A DNA stretch of 34,736 nt from Basidiobolus meristosporus CBS 931.73 (GCA_002104905.1 MCFE01000800.1:1-34736), one strand, 5' to 3'. Numbered from the stretch's first letter, positions 1 to 11,650 are shown. The notes: a model not told the origin generated them from the letters alone. Translations and numbers: made by a program.

Positions 1-129
1 GATTGGTTTATTTCCTTCCAATCTTTGAATGTAACATAACATCTAGCTGAACTGAGCTGTAAAGTGTCTATACCCAACACTAATACTAAGCCCAACCTCA
101 GGCTCAGAGAGTAACTTCATTAAACTTAT

Positions 130-1740
130 CCATTCCATCAGTATCTCAGTCAAAACTCCCTTTTCCTATAACTTTGGTGGGAGCCCAGTGGCTTTGAGCC
201 ATTGCTCACTCACTGCTTCCCATAACGCATGGTCTTCATCTGGCACTACAAGGTCTAGCTTCTTATCTGCCAGTCTTTAAAATATTCAGGTGCATTCTAC
301 TAAGCACTGCTCTTGAAGAAGTGCTGCAACCTCTTGGTGTGCCTATTAATGTAACAAAATTCTTCTGTAGGCATTGTGATAGCCTTTTGATTACTTGATT
401 TTGCTGCTTTGTCTGTCAGTAGGATCTATACTCTTCCACAATACAGGAAGTCAAGGAAGTGGTATTCAAGTTACTACTCTCTGCAAACTCATGTACCTCT
501 CTGGAGTGTTGAGCAACTTGCTATACTTCCAACTCATGACAACACAGCCTTTGTGTTGGTAATTTTTCTTTGCTATAGTAATACTAAGCCTATTCCAGGC
601 CTAAGGTATCAATTGGCAAGAGCTGAAGCTTTTTTCTTACACTTGCCGGTGTGTGGCCTAGCTAAAATATTTCCCTTTTCTTTTTCCTTTAACACTGTCA
701 TGGTTTTCACTGCTACTTTGTTGGAGTGCTTCTTGTATTGAACTATGCTTTCTTCTCAATAAATACTGCACTGCTGCAGTTGTTTCTGCCTGATGTATCT
801 TGATCACTTGTCTTGATCATTCATCCCTAGCTGTGACTGGCTCCCTGGGAGGCCACTAGTTTTTATCACTGCCAGGCTCTTGACTGCTATTTTGACTGAG
901 TGCTTCTTGAATGGAACTAGGACCTTTCCAAGATAAATATTGCACTAGTACATCTATGTCTGCCTGCTTGTCTCTTATTGGCACTCTTCCTGCCACCCAA
1001 TGCTTCATTGACACTTTTCAGAGCTTTTGGCCCTGCTTGTAGCAGGTTCTTGAGGAAGCTGCTGCCTTTAGCAATGTCACCCTTCTTCTGTCTTTGATAA
1101 TTTCTTCTATTCTTGAGATACTTTTGAAGTATACCATTGCTGGTTGACAGTCCATTGGCTTCTTTGAGTCCAGGATCATGTCCATGGAACAAGTCAAGCT
1201 CATTCTGCTAAGCCTTAAGCATCTGAAGGTACTATGGTATGCCAGCATTGAGGTGATGGCATATAAGACTTTTACAGCCTCTTGAATATCAGCCAACTTA
1301 TTATCATTCAACAGCTTCACAGATCTTCATTGTCTTTTGATATTCAAGCTATGGTATAAGCACCACAGCCACTGCCACTCATACTATGATAGGGTTTACT
1401 GTGAGCTTTATCCTTGGGCAATGCTCATTTGCTTCAAATAATTTTAAATGTTCTGCTGCTGTTGCATTAGGTAATGGCTCAAGTCTCAGCTGTGTCATTG
1501 AGCTACATGAGTTCCTCCATTACAGCAAAGATGATGCATTCTCTGCCTGCAGTATTGATTGCTTTATATGTATTATCTGCTCATCTTGACTCTGGACTGT
1601 TTCCCAACTTCTCCCTATCAGCCACTGCACCTACTGCCTCCCTAATGATTTGATATGGGAAGACTATATACTTGCTGGTACAGGTAGTGGTGATGCCATG
1701 ATGATCACTTGCTGGTCTGCACCCAAAGGCTCAGGACTTG
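130..1740 (-). pseudogene. CACTA-associated second ORF (ORF2), fragmented; unknown function
   Basis: ORF-track pieces 1018..1320 and 917..1192 (…LQKYLKNRRNYQRQK…) are homologous to 25925..26290 and 10217..10696. Many stops and frameshifts; boundaries approximate. Confidence 0.55.
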
Positions 1741-1747
1741 ATACATT

Positions 1748-2091
1748 AGACTTGTTCTGTTGGATAGGGCCACACCAGGCTGTGAGTGCCAAAGATGCCA
1801 TGGTGAGCCAGGGAGGCCAAGTGAGTGTATACTTGGCTACAGAGTGTGAAACACAGCTTTGCATCTTTGTGCAAAGCAGCTCCTGTGTTTCACCAATTGT
1901 ACTGGAGAAAATCCATTTTTGACCTTTTTATTGGATTAATGTTGTGCATGATGTGTAAGAGCACAGATGGATTGAAGACATGCACCTGATTCTCAATACC
2001 CATGGCACTCTGAATCTAGCTCCTGTATCTTGTATCATGCCACAAAAATGAATGGCACTATCCTGGTCCACTGGTACTATTTGGCACTATA
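1748..2091 (+). repeat. Single arm of the foldback/long-TIR element family
   Basis: Starts AGACTTGTTCTGTTGGATAG directly after ATT. It aligns along its whole length with arm 23515-23861 and ends at the arm/loop boundary (GGCACTATA). No second arm is seen. Confidence 0.85.
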
Positions 2092-2199
2092 TATACGGGG
2101 GCTTTGAGGATTTACTACTACTTCATGCCAAAATCATTCTGGGATACTACTTATCAGGTACATTTTACAAATGGACCAGAATCATGTGGCTGGCAAAAT

Positions 2200-3760
2200 A
2201 TCACCCAGAGACCATCCTGATACCGACATGTGTTACAATTGCATGGTTTTCAGATCAGACATTGTCACCATTGCAAGCTGCCCAACTTCCCAGGCATTCA
2301 CCACCACAGAAGGAAATCATTGTTCATAATTCAGGTATACTCCAATAATACCCTGTCTAAAGATGCTCATGCAGTCAGAGAAATATTGTGAAGCTTAAAA
2401 GTAACACACTCAGTATCAATCAAGCACAAATATTTTCAATATATATAACGGCATATGCATATGCAGCTATATAAATGTAAGAACAGGATGAACTGGATGT
2501 ATGTTAATTCAAGTGGCCTTCTGAGCCATATCTGCTAATAGTTCATTAGGGGCATTGGATGTCATATGTTGTTATTGCAGGAATACATATCCAGAAGTGG
2601 ATCCCCAATGCCAACTTGACACACCTACAACTTTTTTGCAAGTAATTAGTGATTGGATTTTAGTGGCTATACTACAAGCAAATAGCTGAACTTGTAGATC
2701 TTTGCTGCTCCTGTATCCTTTCTCTACTCCATCTTGCTTGGTGTGTGGAGAGTATTGGGCATTGCTGCTCCTTTGGGTAGCTTCTTATGGAGTAGATGTA
2801 TGGAGAGATAGATAGACAAGTCAAGATACAGGTACTACCATATCCCAATCTCACCAAAATATTACCTTCAAGTCTATTGTGGTGGGGTAAGTATACCTCC
2901 CAATGACAGATTTAGACATATAGATATTATGATAAGATTATCCATATTTATCTTACCAGTATTATACCATTCTTGATTACCCATATTATTAAATTATCCC
3001 TAAAAGATGTTTACCTTGATTAGTTATTTGCATTAGTTCTTGAGATGTTACTCAGCTCTCTGATCAATGTATGCATCTACATTAGGCTGGTAGGTGTGTC
3101 ACTACCTGCAACACAAGACCTGAATCTGTGATACACTCCCTAGCATTTCAATACCAAATATGGTATCTTTATGTTCACCAGTTTCAGACCACTCAGCCCT
3201 GACTGGTGGATGTGCTGTGCTTTTTAAAACCTTTGAGGACTTTCATCAAGAGTTAATAGCTCATAGTGATCTCATCAAGAATTCCACTGATGTCTGGAAT
3301 ATTCTAAAGCCTTGTTAGTAGTAATCATTTGGTGATCAGGCAAAGTATTCAGGAGAATTCAATCCCCCAGCAATGAATCAACTCTTTGATCAGTTACTCT
3401 GTCCCCTTATCAATTAGCAAATGATCACTGCACCCAACTTTAACAGTCATACCTCAGACCTGCCATCAAGGAGCTTTTCAGGGCAGTGCACAAGATACAC
3501 CATGGCCTTTGGATACACTTGGAGCACATAGGAAGCTACAGAAGCAGGAGCTTTACTAAATTGACTTATTAGCAAAGGCACTATCAGTTTAAATCCAGAG
3601 GCTAATGTGCGCATCAGACACCTCACACACCTTGAGTTGTAGAGCTTCTCCAAGGAGTACCTTTACACCACCACACAATTATGGATGCAACTAGTTGGCA
3701 CTTGGAGGACAGCCAGAAGGAGTTGAAGAATACTGAGGACAGAAGTGCACACAAAGATGC
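2200..3760 (+). pseudogene. CACTA transposase remnants (copy 1), internally deleted and split by the solo LTR at 2878-3675
   Basis: Hand translation gives DMCYNCMVF…FRYTPIIPCL, like the YDxCxNxC…YxPLIPRL N-terminal motif. 2500-2877 is homologous to the C-terminal region at 29030-29420, and homology resumes at about 3690. Confidence 0.65.
2878..3675 (+). mobile_element. Solo LTR (TGTGGTGGGG…CACCACCACA family, probably gypsy-type), 798 bp
   Basis: Inverted termini TGTGGTG/CACCACA, internal homology to 17341-18407, and flanks CTAT/CAAT (4-bp TSD with one mismatch). It interrupts transposase homology. Confidence 0.75.
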
Positions 3761-4456
3761 CTATGACTTTGGCATTAAGAAGCTAAGCAGTGCAAATGCA
3801 TGGGTATTCAGTTAAGATATGAGTGGTTGGCTTGGACACAACAAACAACTAATTTATATTACAACACCTTTATCAAGACATACTAGGTTTCTCCTTATCA
3901 CAAGTGAATATATATACTATTCAGTGATGAATCCTCACAAACAAGAGCCAGAGTGCCCCTACAAGGGGGTACAGAATCCAGCAGGCAGCAGGAGTATATT
4001 GGCTAAATACCAAAAGGTTCTCTGCAGATATTGAGGTGGAATTCAATACAAAAGTGGTGGCTCTCATGCATATGTTTGCAATATGTAAATGGTACCTGCA
4101 ATGCAAAATAGATGGTAAGAGTGCCAATACCACGCCAACATGCTGCAATGATTGTGTGAGAGAAGTATGTCAAGTACCACAGGTGTTCATGACTGTAAAG
4201 ATTATTGTAAAGAAATAATGAGTGCATCAAGACTATCCAAATATCATGCAACTCTTGTCAAAAGGCCTCCAAAATACTGTCAAGTTTTTAGCTTTATTTG
4301 TCAGTAAATATAGCAAAATGCAATCATAAACCCATCATTAGATTGCTTTGAGGGTACATATTTCTAATCTGCTGGCATTACGGCAGCCTGATTGTGCAAT
4401 TAAGCCAGTTGATGTGGACTGATTCCACACATTGAACCAAGTTATTATTCATAAGC

Positions 4457-4778
4457 AAGTCTTTTACTCATTTACAAGAAGCAAAAGCTGCACTTATGGG
4501 TAGGGAACTGGCTGAGAGTGTGTACATGAGCTAGTTAGAAGAATTAGTATACTAAGATAGCCCTAACTAGGTCTGATAGCTTCAAATATCCATATAGTAT
4601 GAAATAATCACTAAAAGCCTAAAATTGCAAGATAGATTCTTACTTCTGATCTTTTAGTTTCAAAGGATATACTGCTGAATACAGTGTCCTCTATAGGCCA
4701 AATAGAGCAAGCTCAGCTCTATTAGCTTTGTAAATGGATGACCTTATTATTGCTACCAATAATCAGCAAACATTGGAA
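4457..4778 (+). pseudogene. Old Ty1/copia reverse transcriptase remnant, left part
   Basis: Degenerate HQMDVKTAFLNGEL…VYM-like stretch and LLAL(Y)xDDLIIATNN; the reading continues at 9837. Confidence 0.7.
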
Positions 4779-4950
4779 TGTTATGATCTGCTGCTTGAAT
4801 GTTTAAGTTAGATCAGTTTTTGGTCAAATCAATTAGTATATGTTTAGGTTATCAGTATATCAGTATTATCTATGAAATCAGTAGCATTAGTCAGCAAATG
4901 AATCAGCAGATCCTTATTAGACAGAAATAGATATATTAAGTAGGATCTTA

Positions 4951-5319
4951 TGTTGAAATATTGGACTATTTGGTATCATTCAGCAGCTAAAAATTTACTT
5001 AACAATTCTAGGCTAGTCTTAGTCACTGTAGGACTCATTTACTGCCTTAACTTCGCCACTTTCTCCAGATATATGATCTTATGATTATTCCCCTATAGTC
5101 AGGATCAAATTAGCACTATTACCAAACATTATGTACTAACCCTGAAACTGTTACAGAATGCTCCTGAATATTGAGAAACCCTCCCTACTTAGTGTTGCAG
5201 CTGTATTACTTCTACAAAGGTATAAATACTGAACTTCTTTATGAATAAACAACAGTTCAACTATTATCACTATTTCTTGATAAGTTCCTTACATCCAAAT
5301 CACTTCTTAAATTGCAACA
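4951..5319 (+). repeat. 5' LTR (369 bp) of the young copia
   Basis: TGTTGAAATA…ATTGCAACA; TATAAA at 5221 and AATAAA at 5244; direct repeat of 9268-9635. Confidence 0.97.
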
Positions 5320-5333
5320 GGTTATGAGCCCTG
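5320..5333 (+). promoter_or_regulatory. Primer-binding site complementary to the anticodon arm of initiator tRNA-Met (half-tRNA priming type)
   Basis: GGTTATGAGCCCTG immediately after the LTR. It is the reverse complement of CAGGGCUCAUAACC in fungal tRNAiMet (recalled yeast sequence), the same type as Ty5 and Drosophila copia. Confidence 0.9.
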
Positions 5334-5355
5334 ATTGCCTTAATCTATTCTAAAG

Positions 5356-8300
5356 ATGACTTCTACCAGCAAACAAAGCAATACCAACATCTTCCCTGTA
5401 AAGGAGAGGTTTGATGGGAAGAACTACAGACTTTGGAGAATCAAGATGCGGATCCACCTTGAGGAAAGAAAGCTTTGGAACATAGTAACAGAAAAGGAAG
5501 TTGAGCCCAAAGGAACAGCAGAAGATGTGGAGAAGTTTCAAGAGAAGGAGAGAAAGGCCTTCAATGCAATATGCATCAATGTGCAAGACTCCTTCATTGG
5601 ACAAATCCATGCCTCAAATACTGCCAAAGCAGCATGGGAATCCTTAGAGAAGATCTTTAGAGCAAAGTCAGTATCAAGCAAGCTTTATTTGAAACAAAAG
5701 TTCTTCAACATGGGAAAAAAGCCAGATGATGACATTCTACAACTCATTACCAGAATGGAGACACTTGCAGAAGAACTTTACAGTATTAATGCTGGTGTAG
5801 ATGATGAAGAAAAGATACTCTGTCTGCTTTGCAGCCTACCAGACGAGTATGAGCCACTCATACTTTCTTTTGAAAGCAGAGAAGACAACTTGACTTTAGA
5901 CTATGTCAAAGGAAGACTTCTCCATGAAGAACTCAGACGTAATGATCAAGCAGAGAAAATTGAAGATAATGCTTTATTCAGTTCAGAAAGGCATACAGAA
6001 AAGAAGGGAAAGCAACAAAACCGAAGAAAACCTGGCTGCTGTAACTACTGTAAGAAGCCAGGACACTGGGCAAGAGAATGCAAGAAGAAACAAGCAGACA
6101 AAAAACAGAAACTAGAGCAGGCAAACCATATAACTACTGATGAACAGTTATTTGTCACTGTACAAGAGAGTGCAAGTAACCAAAGTAATGAATGATATAT
6201 TGACTCTGGAGCATCACAGCATATTTGTGGTATAAAGGATTGGTTCAGCAACTTAAAGACTATTCCCGTAAGAAAGGTTTATCTGGGAGATAACTCTGCA
6301 TTGGAAGCTACTGCTAGTGGGTCTATACAACTAAATATGAGTGATAACTCAGGGGCAACAACAGCAAAACTGACTGACGTACTCTATGTACCTGGAATAG
6401 CTAAGAACCTACTCTCAGTCAGTAAAGCAACTACTCAGGGACTGAAATTCGTTTTTACTAAGCTGAGCTGCTCAATACTGAGTGAAAATGGACAAAAATT
6501 AGCTTTGGGAATCAGAGATCACAATATATACAAGTTACAATGCAAGATCATTGTACCTGAGTATGTCAACATTGCTGAAACTGATGAAACCAACTGGGAG
6601 ACGTGGCATAGGGGGCTAGGACACATAGGGGAACAGAAAATGAGCCAATTGGTAAAAAATCAGCTTGTTTTGGGCCTAAAATACTCAATTCCGATCAAAT
6701 TGAATGTTTGTAAGGGATGTTCATATGGCAAACAAGCTAGGCAACGTTTCAAGAGCTCAGAAGGCACTAATACCACCGAAATATTGGCTATTGTACACTC
6801 AGACATATGTGGCCCCATGAGAACACTGTCCTTTGGAGCCAAGAGATACTTTATGATGTTTATTGATGACAAGACAAGATATACATGGGTGTACTTCCTC
6901 AAAACAAAGGATGAAGCTTTAGAGACGTTTAAGCACTTCAAGAACATGGCAGAAACACAAACTGGGTGTAAATTGAAGGTACTACGAAGTGACAATGGAG
7001 GAGAATACTGCTCAAAGGAGTTTGCAAAATACTGCTTGTCCACTGGTATACTTCAACAGACCACAGTTCCCCATACTCCACAGCAAAATGGAGTAGCAGA
7101 ACGTGCAAATAGAACAATAGTAGAGATGGCAAGATCTATGCTACATGATAAGGGAATGGACTACAAGTTTTGGGCTGAATCTGTTGCTACCGCTGTATAC
7201 ATCAAGAACAGATGCCCAACAACAGCACTACGTGATTCTACACCCTTTGAAGCATATACAGGCAAAAAACCAGATCTCCAGCACCTCAGGATCTTTGGCA
7301 GTGATGTTTTTTATCACATCCCTGACAAAAAACGCTCAAAGTTGGAACCAAAGAGTAGAAAAGGGATCTTTCTTGGGTATTGTGAAGATACTAAAGGGTA
7401 TAGAGTGTATGATGGCGAAATTCAGAAGCTGATCAAGAGCAGGGACGTTGTATTTGAGGAGAATTCAGATCAGAAAGCCACAGAAATCATTGGCCAGCTG
7501 CCTGATGATGCAATCAACACAAATGAAGAAGATACGTACCAAATCCAGCCAGAGATGGAAGATACTTCTACCAGTTCCAGATCAGAACAGATTATCCCAG
7601 TTAGGAGACCTACCAGAATAAGAAATGCCCCTGGATCCTGGTGGCAGACATCCAATGATCATGAAGAAGCTTATCTTGCCTTATGTGCCAAACCTCAGAA
7701 TCTGGAACAGGCAATGCAAGGTCCAGATGCTACTAAGTGGCAACAAGCCATGCAGGAGGAGTACCAATCACTGATCAAGGCAAAAACGTGGGAACTGGTA
7801 GATTTACCAAATGGGAGAAAGCCAATAGGATGTAGATGGGTCTACAAGATCAAGATAACCTCAAACGGTGCCGTTGATAAGTACAAGGCTAGATTGGTAG
7901 CTAAAGGCTATTCCCAGATCCAGGGACTAGACTTCAAGGAAACATTTGCTCCGGTTGCCAAGTTTAACTCTATTAGGACAGTTCTAGCCCTGGCAGCTGT
8001 ACACAGTCTAGATCTACACCAAATGGACGTCAAAACAGCCTTTCTAAATGGGGATTTGCAAGAAACTATATATATGGAGCAACCAGAAGGTTTTACCGAT
8101 CCAAAAAGCCCCCATAAGGTGTGCAAACTTAGAAAATTGTTGTATGGGCTTAAGCAGGCACCCAGAGCATGGTATAACAAGATTGACACATATCTAGAGG
8201 AAATTGGGTTCTCTTGTAGCACTGCAGATCAAAGTATATATGTGAAACAGCTCAAAAAGGGTGTGATCATCCTAGTTCTTTATGTGGACGACCTAATTAT

Positions 8301-9273
8301 AGCTACAAGTGATCAAGAGGCACTTAAACAGACAAAATCAGATCTCTTCAGCAAGTTTGAGATGAAAGATCTTGGAAAATTGAGCTATTTTCTTGGAATT
8401 GAGGTCAAATTTGACATACCTACGCAGAAAATTGTGCTGAATCAGTCTAAGTACATCAGGGACATTCTTAGACGCTTCAAAATGGAAAATTGCAAGCCTG
8501 CAGCAACCCCTATGGACAATAACCTGAAATTAAGCAAATCTCAGCCAGTTATGGATGAAAACGGCTCAAATATGGACCAAAACTTTCCCTATCAATCAAT
8601 GGTTGGTAGCCTAATGTACTTGATGGTGTCTACACGTCCAGATATTGCAGTAGCAGTTGGAGTAGTCAGTCAACTCATGCAGAATTATGGATCAGATCAA
8701 ATTGCAGCAGTTAAGCGGATTTTCAGATATCTACAAGGTACCATAAATATGGTACTGGAATACTCTGGAGCAGCTAATAGGCGAAAATTTGATGGTTATA
8801 GTGATTCAGATTGGGGTAGAGATCTGATTGACAGACGCTCTACCACAGGCTATGTATTTCTTTATGCTGGTGCAGCTATTACTTGGAATTGCAAGAAACA
8901 ACCAACTGTGGCACTATCTACAACTGAAGCCAAATATATGGCTGCATGTCAAGCAACTAAGCAGGCTATATGGCTACAAAAATTATTCAAAGACTTAGGT
9001 TTTAATTCAGGTGAACCAACATGTATTTACAAGGATAATCAAAGTTGTATTTCATTAGCTAGAAATCCTACTAATCATGCCAGAACTAAGCACATTGATA
9101 TACAGCATCACTTTGTGAGGGAAGCTGTAGAAAATAACTTAGTAGAGCTGGTTTACTGCCCAACTGACAAAATGGTGGCAGACATATTGACAAAACCACT
9201 AGCTAGGCCACAGTTTGAGATCCTTAGAGAGAAATTGGGATTAAGAAATTATTTAGTTGAGGGGGAGTGTTGA
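5356..9273 (+). CDS. Copia Gag-Pol polyprotein in one reading frame with a single in-frame TGA at 6193-6195
   Basis: ORFs 5356..6195 and 6301..9273 are in the same frame. Motifs: CNYCKKPGHWAREC zinc knuckle, (W>stop)YIDSGASQH protease, WHRGLGH, HSDICGP/RSDNGGEY/NGVAER integrase, YVDDL RT, and DSDW…ADILTK RNase H. Confidence 0.93.
9259..9267 (+). promoter_or_regulatory. Polypurine tract
   Basis: GAGGGGGAG directly before the 3' LTR. Confidence 0.92.
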
Positions 9274-9635
9274 AATATTGGACTATTTAGTATCATTCAG
9301 CAGCTAAAAATTTACTTAACAATTCTAGGCTAGTCTTAGTCACTGTAGGACTCATTTACTGCCTTAACTTTGCCACTTTCTCCAGATATATGATCTTATG
9401 ATTATTCCCCTATAGTCAGGATCAAATTAGCACTATTACCAAACATTATGTACTAACCCTGAAACTGTTACAGAATGCTCCTGAATATTGAGAAACCCTC
9501 CCTACTTAGTGTTGCAGCTGTATTACTTCTACAAAGGTATAAATACTGAACTTCTTTATGAATAAACAACAGTTCAACTATTATCACTATTTCTTGATAA
9601 TTTCCTTACATCCAAATCACTTCTTAAATTGCACA
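9268..9635 (+). repeat. 3' LTR (368 bp) of the young copia
   Basis: Repeat of 4951-5319; ends ATTGCACA and is followed by TSD TCTTA. Confidence 0.97.
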
Positions 9636-9836
9636 TCTTATTGGGTCATGATGATGCAATCAAATGAGTCATCAACCACCACCTACATTAGGAAATACAA
9701 TTAGTCAGCAATTGATCTGGCAAAATGTATATAAGGAACTGCTGGAACCTCAATAAAAATCAGTTCAAGTTTTAGTGAATACAATACTAGCTAAACTCCC
9801 TATTCCTCTACAACTCTTACACCAAGACTTGTAACA

Positions 9837-10372
9837 GGAAGGCACCAAGTCCAATTTATCAGTGGATTGTGGGATGTTGAACCTAGGGGAGCTCAGTTGC
9901 TACATAGCAATAAAGCTATTCAGAGACAACAGCAAACAGAATATCACCTTCAGCCAGTCCAAGTGCATCAAAGCTATATGAGAGAAGTAGCAAATGGAAG
10001 ACTGCAAGCTGGCAGCTGCCCTAATGCAGATTAATGTTAGCTTAGTCAAAAGTCAGCTAGTCTTATTAGGTCCAGTCTGAAAGCCCTGACCTCTATTACC
10101 GGTACAAGGCTGGCAGTTGGATATATACCATGCTTAGAGCTCAAATTCAGTAGGAAGTTACCAGCCAGTGTAATCAGAGATATGCATTCAGGCATATTGA
10201 GAAGTAAAACTGGTTTTCATTTACTATAAGGAACTGCCAATTTCTGCTCAATATTACCCAAAAGGACTAAACATTGGACCTGGTAGAGTATTCCAATGCC
10301 AATTGGAGACAAAATGTAGAGGATAGAAGATATACCATAGAATACTCCTTTTCTTACTGCAAAGGGGCACCT
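9837..10372 (+). pseudogene. Old Ty1/copia RT-RNase H remnant, right part
   Basis: EGTKSNLS…MLNLGELSCY…FSQSK and DLVEYSNANWRQNVEDRR…YCKGA; continues the frame broken at 4778. Confidence 0.75.
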
Positions 10373-10680
10373 TTGCTCACCTGCCCTTGATGATCTCTGC
10401 AATTCCTGAGATAACTGGCTAGCATAATTCTGCTGGCAAAGAATCCCTTTGCTGGTTTTGCATCCAGGAAAATGCTCATAGAGCAGGTTAAGTACATTCT
10501 GCTTGGCCTTGAGTTCTTGATGATCCCATGGTATGCTGCCCTTAAGGTGATGGTGTGCTAGACATCTCACAGCCTCTTTATTATTGGCACACTTTTCATC
10601 ATTGCACTCAACTGCTTCACAGGTCTTCAATGCCTGATGATTTTTTGGATTTGGTATCATTACCAAATTCTCTACTTTGA
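10373..10680 (-). pseudogene. CACTA ORF2 fragment (third copy)
   Basis: IPNPKNHQALKTCEAVECND…HHLKGSIPWDHQELKAKQNVLNLLYEHFPG; DNA homology to about 26175-26480 and 1080-1370. Confidence 0.65.
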
Positions 10681-10716
10681 ATGGTGTGTTGCGCAAATAG
10701 GTTGTCTGTGAGATTC

Positions 10717-11065
10717 TGTTAAAATATTAGAGAGATATATAGGAAGTTAAATGGAGAATCAGAAGATAAACATGATATTCACTGGTTAATTTACTGAGTT
10801 GCAACATAGTATTTTTACTTATTGCAAAACTACATATATATAGCTATTTCCTCATTATCAAGGGAGTCTCAAGAGAACATGTGCCAAGTTTCAGCTCATT
10901 AGGATAAGTTTAAGATTTTCCTAAAATTCTATACTTCACTGATTTCTGATAGCTAGTAAATATCTTGAAAACTAATTTCTAGGTGAATATTTTGAAATAT
11001 GACATTAAACTACATGGTAGCTCATAATATATTGGTAATTAGGTGGACTCTTAAGTATTTCAACA
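10717..11065 (-). repeat. Copia-type 3' LTR remnant (349 bp) with adjacent PPT
   Basis: TGTTAAAATA…TATTTCAACA termini. CTCCCACTC at 11066-11074 reads GAGTGGGAG on the minus strand. Patchy similarity to, and the same length as, the LTR at 31766-32114. Confidence 0.7.
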
Positions 11066-11119
11066 CTCCCACTCACATAACATACTCATATACTTATGAA
11101 CTTGCTGTGGTGGATCTCC

Positions 11120-11650
11120 CTTGGGGTCACATAAATGTGGGTATTTAATGCTACAATCTTACTTATAATACTTACAATGATGGGTCATCACTTAGTCTTA
11201 TATTCATTGATGTGCAATGTCTCTAATACAAGATTGTCTTAAATACATATAAGTATTGAACAAAGAGGTAATAAAATAGTGTTATCTTGCTGAGTGTCAA
11301 ACTGCTTGCCCCATGGAGAGATCTACTTTGATTTAATGCCATAAGAGTGGAGAAAAAAGACCATGTTACTATTGTAGCAAACTTCCCAGCCATATGACAC
11401 TCAAACAGCATAGGTGGTATTACAAGGATCATGGAGAGTGCTTTGCCATAAAAGTCATATTTGACTATTCATCAGTCACTACTCTACCTACAATATCTTT
11501 CTGGCCACTTGATAATTCTATTACTGTACCTGGCTGTACTTGTCACCTTGTACAAACTGAGTCAGGAGAGTTTACAACACCTTTAGGCTTACCTCAGTCT
11601 TTGAAATATGGCATGCAGAGTGATTGCTCTAAAGAAGCAGTCTCAGGCTT
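11120..11650 (+). mobile_element. CACTA internal segment (inter-ORF region and probable transposase N-terminus)
   Basis: Direct repeat of about 27160-27660. The shared open frame reads RPCYYCSKLPSHMTLKQHRWYYKDHGECF… here and RPCGYYSKFLSHRAGRQHRNYYKDHGQCF… in the other copy. Confidence 0.7.

Larger units (their letters stand above)
1..4456 (+). mobile_element. CACTA/CMC DNA transposon, decayed copy 1 (left end lies outside the window)
   Basis: Colinear with the two-ended copy from about 25133 onward. It has ORF2 remnants on the minus strand, transposase remnants on the plus strand, and a degenerate right terminus TTATTATTCATAAGC (about 4442-4456) matching TTATTTTTCATAGGG at 30282-30296. It is interrupted by a foldback arm and a solo LTR. 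Confidence 0.75.
4951..9635 (+). mobile_element. Full-length young Ty1/copia LTR retrotransposon
   Basis: Two LTRs differing by 3 substitutions and 1 indel (hand alignment), 5-bp TSD TCTTA (4946-4950, 9636-9640), PBS, PPT, and gag-PR-IN-RT-RH domain order. Confidence 0.98.
4779..9836 (+). mobile_element. Solo LTR (family D, gypsy-type, about 368 bp) split by the young copia into 4779-4950 and 9641-9836
   Basis: Termini TGTTA…TAACA and 4-bp TSD GGAA (4775-4778, 9837-9840). The rejoined sequence matches 12625-12970, which precedes a gypsy-like gag. Confidence 0.85.

Noticed and set aside
409-4251. Short ORFs of 60-110 aa in the ORF track, and similar ones throughout the window, as candidate host genes
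   Set aside because: They are antisense or off-frame readings of TE remnants. CpG loss and decay explain them, and none shows a recognisable host domain.
1748-4456. Foldback arm as the true left TIR of the transposase at 2200-3760
   Set aside because: That transposase belongs to the CCCTA family. ORF2 homology runs up to the ATT before the arm and the CACTA right end is present at about 4456, so the arm is a secondary insertion.
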